DNA of 64,000 nt from Macrostomum hystrix. Its lineage: Eukaryota > Animalia > Platyhelminthes. Below the pieces are notes generated by a model, which was given only the letters and a program-made list of their open reading frames with translations, did no database searches and was not told where the DNA came from. Shown piece after piece: positions 17,227 through 26,800 of this stretch. The stretch is taken from the NCBI GenBank assembly GCA_950097015.1, contig CATNEN010000005.1:2480001-2544000 (forward strand). The letters run 5' to 3'. The translations under genes were made by a program, and so were the position numbers. Positions within the stretch are counted from its first letter, which is position 1. Each line of letters opens with the position of its first letter.

Positions 17227-18633
17227 ATGTCTTCCGCCGCTGAAGCCGAGTGGGAGCTGTGGTACTGGCCAGTAGCTGGTCGAGGCGAATTCGTTCGCCT
17301 CATCTTTGAAGAAGCCCGCGTGCCATTCAAGGAGTTCAATGATCCAAGGAAACTCACTGAGCTCTTCAAGGGACAGACCAAAGAGGGCTGGCCAGTTTTC
17401 GCTGTTCCGATGATTAGGAAAGGTGAGCAGGTGTTTTAATGGTGGCAAGGGATATGATCCAATAATTAAAATAATTAAAGTAAAATCTGATTGGGATTCT
17501 GGAGATTATGGTTGGAATTCTAAAGATTCTAATTGGGATTCTGCAGATTCTAATTGGGATTCTGAAGATTCTGATTGGGATTGTAAAGATTCTGATTGGG
17601 ATTCTAAAGATTCTGATTGGGATTCTGAGGATTTTAATTGGGATACTGAAAAATCGAAGGGAGGTTAGGGAATAATCAGAGGGTGGTGGCGAAGAGACTG
17701 GAAGGTAGGGATGAATCAAATGGAGGTGGGGAAGAATCATAAGGATGTGGGGAAGAATCATAAGGATGTGGGGAAGAATCATAAGGATGTGGGGAAGAAT
17801 CATAAGGATGTGGGGAAGAATCATAAGGAGGTGGGGAAGAATCATAAGGATGTGGGGAAGAATCAAAGGGAGGTGGGGAAGAATCAAAGGGAGGTGGGGA
17901 AGAATCACTAGGAGGTGGGGAAGATTCATTGGGGTGGGGAAGAATCATAAGGATGTGGGGAAGAATCATAATCATAAGGATGCGGGGAAGAATCATAAGG
18001 ATGTGGGGAAGAATCGGAAAATCAAAAAATGCTTATTACAGAGCCAAATAGCAAGTTGCTGTCACAATGCTTTTTCCACCCGGAATCCTGAAATGCTGAG
18101 CAGGTGATTTCGAGCTAGGCCAGACCGGTACAATCTGTCGCTATCTGGGCAAACTGTTTGGCCTTTATCCCGTCACCGAAGTGGACCAGATCAAGGCGGA
18201 CCAGCTGTGCTCTACCGTCATGGACTACATAGCCGAAGGTAGTCTAGCTTATCACGGCAAAAATTCTCAAGACACTTACGCGAGTCAGAAGGAATTCACT
18301 CAGCCCTACATTGACTTCTTTGTGGCTAGTCGGATTCCAAAGTTTCTGCGCCATTTTGAAGCCACTCTAAACTACAATAAAACTATGAATTCTATTCCGG
18401 ACCACGAGGAGGCCGAGTTGTACTGCTTTGGCAAATCACTAGCCTATTGTGATCTCTGCCTGTTGCACGTGCTGCGAGCTACGGAATCGCAGTTTCCAGA
18501 AGCTTGGCTAACCAATATTGCCAATTATCCGCTGTTGGCCAGGTTTAAACGCCATATGGAGAATAGGTCAACACTCAAGGCCTATTTTGCTTCGGATAGG
18601 TGCCGCCCGTTTGAAGGAAACAGCATGATGTGA
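17227..18633 (+). CDS. Glutathione S-transferase (Tyr-type, sigma-like N-domain); exons 17227-17422, 18104-18633
   Basis: WYWPVAGRGEFVRLIFEEA, cis-Pro motif FAVPMI, LGQTGTICRYLG, and C-domain LAYCDLCLLHVL. The phase-1 junction joins in frame. Confidence 0.93.
17485..17645. repeat. 21-bp minisatellite GATTCTAATTGGGATTCTGAA, in GST intron
   Basis: Direct reading. Confidence 0.88.
17725..18012. repeat. 21-bp minisatellite GTGGGGAAGAATCATAAGGAT, in GST intron
   Basis: Direct reading. Confidence 0.93.
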
Positions 18634-18751
18634 TGTGAATCACTCGTGTACACGGTCAATGCGACATCTGTGAACAAATAGTTTTTAAACTTTTAACAAC
18701 TAAAATTCCCTATTTATTGTAGACTTTTAGCTCTCAAAATAAAGGTACAGC

Positions 18752-19215
18752 TCTTGGGGTTCTCATGTTGAGCACACCATTGGGTTCTCTTCTCCTGTTG
18801 AGTACACCATTTGGTTTTCATGTTGAGTAGACCATCGGGTTCTCATGTTGAGCACAGCATTGGGTTCTCTTCTCCTGTTGAGTACACCATTTGGTTTTCA
18901 TGTTGAGTAGACCATTGGGTTCTCATGATGAGCACACCGTTGGGTTCTCATGTTGAGTACACCATTTGGTTTTCATGTTGAGCACACCGTTGGGTTCTCA
19001 TGTTGAGTCCACCATTTGGTTCTTATGTTGAGTAGACGATTGGGTTCTCATGTTGAGTACACCATTTGGTTCTTATGTTGAGTAGACCATCGGGTTCTCA
19101 TGTTGAGCACACCATTGGGTTCTCATGTTGAGCACACCATTGGGTTCTCATTTTGAGCATACCATCGGGTTCTCATGTCGAGCACACCATTGGGTTCTCA
19201 TGTCGAGTACACTAT
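18752..19215. repeat. 25-bp minisatellite CCATTGGGTTCTCATGTTGAGCACA downstream of GST
   Basis: Direct reading. Confidence 0.93.
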
Positions 19216-19709
19216 CTGGTTCTGATATTCAATACACTTTCTTATTCTTATGTTGAGCATAAAAAATTCTAGCGATGCTAGCTATTTGTTTTCTCTGATT
19301 CCTTATTAGCTTAGAGCTGGCTTCTATCTACCCGAAAAATCGCTCGATTTCTGCATATTATTTATTTATACACTTAATTATCTTCTAGAACTGCTTTATT
19401 AGTTTTCTCTTTTATCTGTACTCTTCAAAAAATTTTCCAAGGGACAGTTTTGGAATCCGAGCATACAATTTTTTTGTGTCAAAAGTACTTATATTTATCA
19501 CATTATAGAGCTTGATGTTTAGTGGCATGACAAATATATTTGCGCCAATTTTTCCGCAATTTTCTATTTATCTTTTTCATTTTTGTAGTGCTTTTTGGTA
19601 TATTTTCAAGTGTATTACTTGTTTACTTGAAACAACTATAGCCTTTCTCGTCCTTTTAATAACTTTTGCGCCAAAACTGTGGCTCCGCTTATCACTGGAG
19701 CAAATAGCA

Positions 19710-19810
19710 TCACGTGACTTTCTAAAAATAGAAACTGACGTCAGACCAGCAATCGCGTGCCACAGATATCGTTTTTAGGGTAGGGTCTTACTCGTAGTTG
19801 CTAAAAATAG
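19710..19810. promoter_or_regulatory. Motif cluster: TCACGTGA (19710), CTAAAAATAG x2 (19722, 19801), TGACGTCA (19736)
   Basis: Exact matches to E-box, MEF2 and CRE consensus sequences; function not shown. Confidence 0.4.
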
Positions 19811-19838
19811 AAACTTTTGCACGAGCGTTCGTTACAGA

Positions 19839-21602
19839 CAAGGACTTCTATATAATAGCATCTGGACTGGAAACGAGAAATAAATTTCACAATTTTTTTA
19901 CCACATGAGGCCAATGTTTAGCTGAGCACAGCGGCTCTCCAGATAAACATATCTACTTAAGCCGTCACACATCTCAAGGCGCCTACATTCCAGGCATGCA
20001 CATTGACTTTGGTGGAAATCCTATGTTGTGGAGAGAAATGGAGTCTACTTTTTTCGGAGAAGCATTTCCAATTGATTTCAATGGCGTTTCAAATTGGCAT
20101 TCCATCGGTCCCCAGCTGTTCACCATAGACACTTGTTCCAGAACTGCCACGACTTATGGCCACGTAGTGGCACTAATTTGAATTGGATCAGATTTCCTAT
20201 TTGTTTCATTTCATACTCAACGCAGTTTCCTCAGTTTTCTTTGCCAAGGATTTCTGCGCCATAAAAGCATATCCTTCACTATGGTGAACAAGTGTTCCGC
20301 ATTCGGTTGCAAGAGCGGCTTCGCTAATAGTTCAACGCCAGGTACTGTGACATTTCATTGCTATCCACTCAACAACCCGAGTCTATTGAAAAAATGGAAT
20401 AAAGCAAATCCGAGGAAGGCGTTTCAGCCCACGAAGTATTCTCGTATCTGCTCGCTTCATTTCACCACTGAGGACTTCGTCGAAACAACTCGAGATAGCA
20501 ATATCACTCGCAGAGAGAAGAAAGGCCAGCTGACCAATCGTTATCTGAGGCAAGATGCAGTGCCAACTATCTTTCTTAATGCACCTGCATACCTTTCTTC
20601 TGTCCGGCAAGCAGCTCGGAGCACATGCTCTGCGACATCATCTGCGCGTCTGGAGGCTGAAAACAAGCGTCTCAATGATCAAATCGCCGACTTCTTTGCC
20701 AAAGATTCAATTCTCAGTTGCTCGCCACGAGAAATTCAAGAATTGCTCGAATCAGAGGAAACGAGACCAGATGGCTTTCAAACTGCAATTTGCAACGAGT
20801 TCCTATGCATCTTCATGCTGGAGGTAAAGCATGTCTGCCAGGTTGCGTGCTCCATCTGCATTGGACCGAATCACAAAGTCTCCGTTGGTCTGAATGGCAC
20901 AGCACTGTTACAAGACCAGGTGGTAAAATTGGTTGGCACGGATGGAAAAGTTTCTTCCATCAGTGAAGTTGTGAATTTGATGGCTCGAGTCAAGAACTTG
21001 AAAGAAGGTCTTGAACGCGCTGAGCAGCAGATGTTGCCTGATGCTGTTGTTAAGAAGCATTTCGATCACTTCATAGACATGGCCCACAACAATCTGACAA
21101 GTGCTCTAGAGCAAAAGGAAGACAGGTCGGTGAATTTTATTCGAGAGCAGCTGCAGTTGAGCTGTGAGCCAAAGACATCGAGGAGATACTCTTAACAGCC
21201 GGGGCTCGAAGTAAGCGAAAGTCGGCCAAACTTTCCAGTGCCAGAACAGACAAGTAACTTTTATTTGATGCCAATACGACCTCTGTGAACACTCTTCTTC
21301 AAGTTCTACGTTACCATTGCCTACGTGTTTTGTTTGTTACCGATTGTTTGAAGCACACCTGCATATGCGTTAATCCATTTGAATTTGCGTTGCTGCTTCA
21401 AGGTTCTCGTAAACATAAATTAATAATCTGAAGAAAGGAACTAGCCAGTTAACATTACATCTCTGGATTTCCGACATTTGAATTTCCGATCTTGCATTTC
21501 CCAATTTGACAGATTCCATAGAAAGCAGGGGAAAAACTGGCCTCATGAGGTAATGGGTATTTCTTCGCTTCCAGTCCAGATGCTATTATATAGAAGTCCT
21601 TG
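19839..21602 (+). mobile_element. P-superfamily DNA transposon, internally deleted (1764 bp)
   Basis: Perfect 34-bp TIR CAAGGACTTCTATATAATAGCATCTGGACTGGAA at both ends; 8-bp TSD GTTACAGA (19831-19838, 21603-21610); subterminal inverted CATGAGGCC; THAP ORF inside. Confidence 0.95.
20281..21195 (+). CDS. THAP zinc-finger protein, 304 aa = N-terminal part of a P/THAP9-type transposase lacking the catalytic core
   Basis: C2CH THAP: CSAFGC...W...ICSLHF...DAVPTIF. Intronless; stops right after RRYS. Confidence 0.88.
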   Translation: MVNKCSAFGCKSGFANSSTPGTVTFHCYPLNNPSLLKKWNKANPRKAFQPTKYSRICSLHFTTEDFVETTRDSNITRREKKGQLTNRYLRQDAVPTIFLNAPAYLSSVRQAARSTCSATSSARLEAENKRLNDQIADFFAKDSILSCSPREIQELLESEETRPDGFQTAICNEFLCIFMLEVKHVCQVACSICIGPNHKVSVGLNGTALLQDQVVKLVGTDGKVSSISEVVNLMARVKNLKEGLERAEQQMLPDAVVKKHFDHFIDMAHNNLTSALEQKEDRSVNFIREQLQLSCEPKTSRRYS

Positions 21603-21750
21603 GTTACAGATAAGTTACTGATAAGAACCAATGGAATCAGTTGAAGCTTATCAATTTTTACTGCATGATTATCGGTCCACTAAGTTGTATTTAAAAACCT
21701 GAAAAAGTCGTGCCTAGCTATATGCTTGAAAACAGCCTCATTTTATAACA

Positions 21751-22114
21751 ATGGCTAATTATAAGGTTATAATACATATTATTGAATCAGTGATAGCACT
21801 CACTCAAATATCCGATTGTACGACGAGCCGTACGTTCGTTGGAAATGGAACAACAACAATAAGAAATAACTTACATTTTCAATACGTTGGTTGCTACGAC
21901 TACTTAAATTTAGATAGACATTGGAAAAATGTAACAGACTATTCCCCTACTGATGCATGCTACGAGTTCTGCATCAAGTATGCCTACTTGGCATTGCGAC
22001 TTGGAGCCTGTTTCTGTGCCACTAACCTGTCAACAGCCGGTTTGAAATTAAACTCTAGTCCCGGGTATGTCTATGACGGACCGAATTCTGCCAGGGTCTA
22101 CCGAATTCGCGAAG
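21751..22114 (+). CDS. WSC-domain coding exon of a probably extracellular protein; possible further small exons 22171-22212, 22324-22365
   Basis: YVGCY...C.EFC..YAYLAL..G.CFC pattern; donor G|gtaagc at 22115. Downstream exons are only splice-site guesses. Confidence 0.65.
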
Positions 22115-22808
22115 GTAAGCGACATTCAAGCGTGAATTAGTTTCTATAATTTTTGTTAATTCGCTTGCAGTCCATCATATATTTAGGATGTTAAGCAGGC
22201 AAATTAGCTTCGGTAAGTAACAAACGTATTTTGAAATAAAAAAATAATTTTCGTCAACCCAGACTTTGTAATTTTGACTACGATTTTGTAAATTTTTAAT
22301 ATTTTTTATTCAACGTTAACCAGATGTTGAAGCTGTCAATTTAAAATTAGAAATATACGCGACAAGTGTGTTTGCTCAAACTGTTTATAATGTCAACTTA
22401 AGTCTCGAAAAATTATTTTGATTTGCAAATTTCCAGAGAGAGAGCAAATATTGTCCTACGAGCCAAAGTCCGTGGCAATGGCAAATCCGATGCAATTTTT
22501 TACTTTTTTCAAACTCGATTGGCATTGTTAATGAGAGACTTTTTAAATTATATGATGGACGGATTTAAATTTGATTTAGTTATTATCTGTTCAATATTTA
22601 GGACCGCTTATCAGGACAAAGACCACATCTTTCTGTATCTCCCAGAATATCGCAATAAAAATCCAGTAGGCAGGCTAAAATTTTCCGGTCTATTCGATTA
22701 AACAACTTCCAAAATCACAAAACATCCACATTGTGACGTTGTCACTTTCTGTAGGAGGCGCTATGAAATTCAAATTAATGTGGTTCTGAGTTGGGCCGTT
22801 CTAACAAA

Positions 22809-23340
22809 TGTAATTACGTGGTCATCACTTTTGCAATCTCGTATTTTTCTTAGATCGCTACTGTAAGTAGACGTCAACGTACATTCGAACCCCTTGGGCC
22901 ACTCATTATTATGGTTTTCCTCTCAGCCAATAGCGCGCGTCCACGCCCCTGTGCAAAGTTCAACTGCCTGTTCACTTTCTAGCCAATCTCGCGCTGCGGC
23001 ATAAATTATGTTAAACTTTGTGCCAGCCTATTTATAGCCGCTCTCCGCCCTAGCGCCCCTTCACCGCGCTGTTGCTCTCCACTGGTCGCTACTGCTCTGT
23101 CCCGACCTCCTGCCGGTCTTCTCTGTTAACCGACGTCAGTTTATCTGCCACCGCCACTATCTGATTAACCCACTACTGCCACCACTGTTAACTACGAGTA
23201 CTTTGGATTGATCAAATTGTTAATATTTCTTTTTTGAACCGCTACGGATTCGCCATAGAAGTTTATACAGACCAGTCTTACTTCTTCTTGTCAGCGTGCT
23301 TATTCAGGACTAATTATTCAGTTAAATCTTATTAGTTACA
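22809..23340 (+). other. Promoter-like GC-rich island, possible solo LTR
   Basis: TGTAA at 22809 or 22862 and TTACA at 23336-23340; CCAAT at 22927 and 22983; TATTTATA at about 23029; no convincing TSD. Confidence 0.3.
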
Positions 23341-23828
23341 TAAAATTTGTTAAAATAATGAACTCAAAGGTAAATCTACAGTTTGAGTAAGAATGCGTCT
23401 TACAAGAAACGGTTCATTAATTGCATGCAGCAAAACAATTATTTATTATAATTCAACTATCGCCAACTTTTGCACGACCCAAAAAGGGACAAAAATGAAA
23501 TTTTGAGGTTTGCTTTGGGTTGCGAAGGAGAATGCAAAAGTACTTAATTTAAATGTGCCAATAAAAAAGAGAAATGAATATTAAATTATCACTATAAATT
23601 TGTTGTAGTCTTCATGATTTTGCGTCGAATTATTCAAGATTTTCCTTTTCTGCTTTTAAAGTACATATGCACTTTTGAAGTACATGTGCACTTTGAAAGT
23701 ACATTCTAGAATGTCAATTTAATGCATATGACAGCAATGCATTTAAAAAACTATTATGACTTGAAAAAAGTTGTTAATGAAATTTGTTTCGATTTTTTTT
23801 GTTTTACTGTTTGCAAAGCGGCGGCAAT

Positions 23829-26800
23829 TCAATCTGCAAATACACCGCAACTTCTCGGCATCCTTCGGCAGCGCCTCTGACAACGCTTCTGACATCTGCG
23901 GCGACGTCTGGACTGCAGCTGACGACGGGTTCGCCGATTGTTGGCCTTGGTTTGATCCCGACAGTCGGCCCGGCAATGACACTTCAGCATGTGCCGCCGC
24001 AGATCACCTGAATTTGATAGGGCAGCTATGGATCACAATGTGATTTGGGCCTAAACCGGGTTTTTTCGATTTCGTAAATGCCAACCGCCAAACAAGTGTT
24101 TGAGTACTTGGAAACAGAGCTCAATATTAATTAGCACTTCTGTGTCCAACAGGTAACTAATACTGTATATAACATTCAGTATCTAACATTTCTGTATTAC
24201 TGCAACAGGTACAATTCAGTATCTAACATGTTTGTACTACTGTATCAGGTGAAATTCACTATCTAACATGTTTGTACTACTGTAACAGGTACAATTCAGT
24301 ATCTAACATGTTTGTACTACTGTAACATGTACAATTCAGTATCTAACATGTTTGTACTACTGTAACATGTACAATTCAGTATCTAACATGTTTGTACTAC
24401 TGTAACATGTACAATTCAGTATCTAACATGTTTGTACAACTGTAACAGGTACGATTCAGTATCTAACATGTTTGTACAACTGTAACAGGTACGATTCAGT
24501 ATCTAACATGTTTGTACTACTGTAACATGCACAATTCAGTATCTAACATGTTTGTACAACTGTAACAGGTACGATTCAGTATCTAACATGTTTGTACAAC
24601 TGTAACAGGTACGATTCAGTATCTAACATGTTTGTACTACTGTAACATGTACAATTCAGTATCTAACATGTTTGTACTACTGTAACATGTACAATTCAGT
24701 ATCTAACATGTTTGTACTACTGTAACATGTACAATTCAGTATCTAACATGTTTGTACTACTGTAACATGTACAATTCAGTATCTAACATGTTTGTACTAC
24801 TGTAACAGGTACAATTCAGTATCTAACATGTTTGTACTACTGTAACATGTACAATTCAGTACCTAACATGTTTGTACTACTGTGACATGTACAATTCAGT
24901 ATCTAACATGTTTGTACTACTGTAACATGTACAATTCAGTATCTAACATGTTTGTACTACTGTAACATGTACAATTCAGTATCTAACATGTTTGTACAAC
25001 TGTAACATGTACAATTCAGTATCTAACATGTTTGTACTACTGTAACATGTACAATTCACTATCTAACATGTTTGTACTACTGTAACATGTACAATTCAGT
25101 ATCTAACATGTTTGTACTACTGTAACATGTACAAATCAGTATCTAACATGTTTGTACTACTGTAACATGTATAATTCAGTATCTAACATGTTTGTACTAC
25201 TGTAACATGTACAATTCAGTATCTAACATGTTTGTACTACTGTAATATGTACTATTTAGTATCTACTCAAGGACACAAATTTCATCCCCTGGGCCGGAGG
25301 TAATTCGAACACGCGACCTTTCGGCCAGAAATGGGAAGCAAACAACTCACTTGTTGACAGGCAAGCCTTTTTAAAGTGCCTCTGCACAAGAACCATTCGC
25401 CTGTTTGGTAGCATTGGCCACTCGAATGCCATGTGCATTTCAAATCCTGTTAGGCCAGACACAATTCCGGTGCAATGCAGTTCGATTAGGAATGCTAAAA
25501 TACAAATAGCAATTGGAAAGATTTTTTATACACTACTTGTCAGTAGAAATGCGAACATTTTCTAATACACAGTTTATAATTTGATGCCTACACGAATCCC
25601 GAGCTGTGGGCACGAAGCCCCTTGAGGCTATACTCAGAATTGGCGTGTCCAAGACAGTTGTGTTGTGCGATTTCACTCGCAGAAGTCGATACTGAACCTT
25701 CAGGGATGTGGGATTTCAACTTTACTATGTTTAATTGAATAGAAATTGTCTAGTTAAATTTTGTTACATTTACATGAAAGTTTTTAAATATTAATAGGAT
25801 TAGGCTGATTAGATTGATAAGAGAATTGGGACAGATAAGAGATAAGACCGATAAGAGAGATGAGGCAGATGAGACAGATAAGAGAGATGAGGCAGATGAG
25901 ACAGATAAGAGAGATGAGACAGATAAGAGAGATGAGGCAGATGAGGCAGATAAGAGAGATGAGACAGATAAGAGAGATGAGGCAGATGAGACAGATAAGA
26001 GAGATGAGACAGATAAGAGAGATGAGGCAGATGAGACAGATAAGAGAGATGAGACAGATAAGAGAGATGAGGCAGATGAGGCAGATAAGAGACAGATGAG
26101 GCAGATGAGACAGATAAGAGAGATGAGGCAGATGAGACAGATAAGAGAGATGAGGCAGATGAGACAGATAAGAGAGAGATGAGGCAGATGAGACAGATAG
26201 GAGAGAGATGAGGCAGATGAGACAGATAAGAGAGATGAGGCAGATGAGACAGATAAGAGAGATGAGGCAGATGAGACAGATAAGAGAGAGATGAGGCAGA
26301 TGAGACAGATAAGAGAGATGAGGCAGATGAGACAGATGAGAGAGATGAGGCAGATGAGACAGATAAGAGAGATGAGGCAGATGAGGCAGATAAGAGACAG
26401 ATGAGACAGATAAGAGAGATGAGGCAGATAAGAGAGATGAGGCAGATGAGACAGATAAGAGAGAGATGAGGCAGATGAGACAGATAAGAGAGATGAGGCA
26501 GATGAGACAGATAGGAGAGATGAGGCAGATGAGACAGATAAGAGAGATGAGGCAGATGAGACAGATAAGAGAGAGATGAGGCAGATGAGACAGATAAGAG
26601 AGATGAGGCAGATGAGACAGATGAGAGAGATGAGGCAGATGAGACAGATAAGAGAGAGATGAGGCAGATGAGACAGATAGGAGAGAGATGAGGCAGATGA
26701 GACAGATAAGAGAGATGAGGCAGATGAGACAGATAAGAGAGATGAGGCAGATGAGACAGATAGGAGAGAGATGAGGCAGATGAGACAGATAGGAGAGAGA

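Noticed and set aside
20383-20966. Alternative-frame ORFs inside the THAP ORF
   Set aside because: Shadows of the real coding frame
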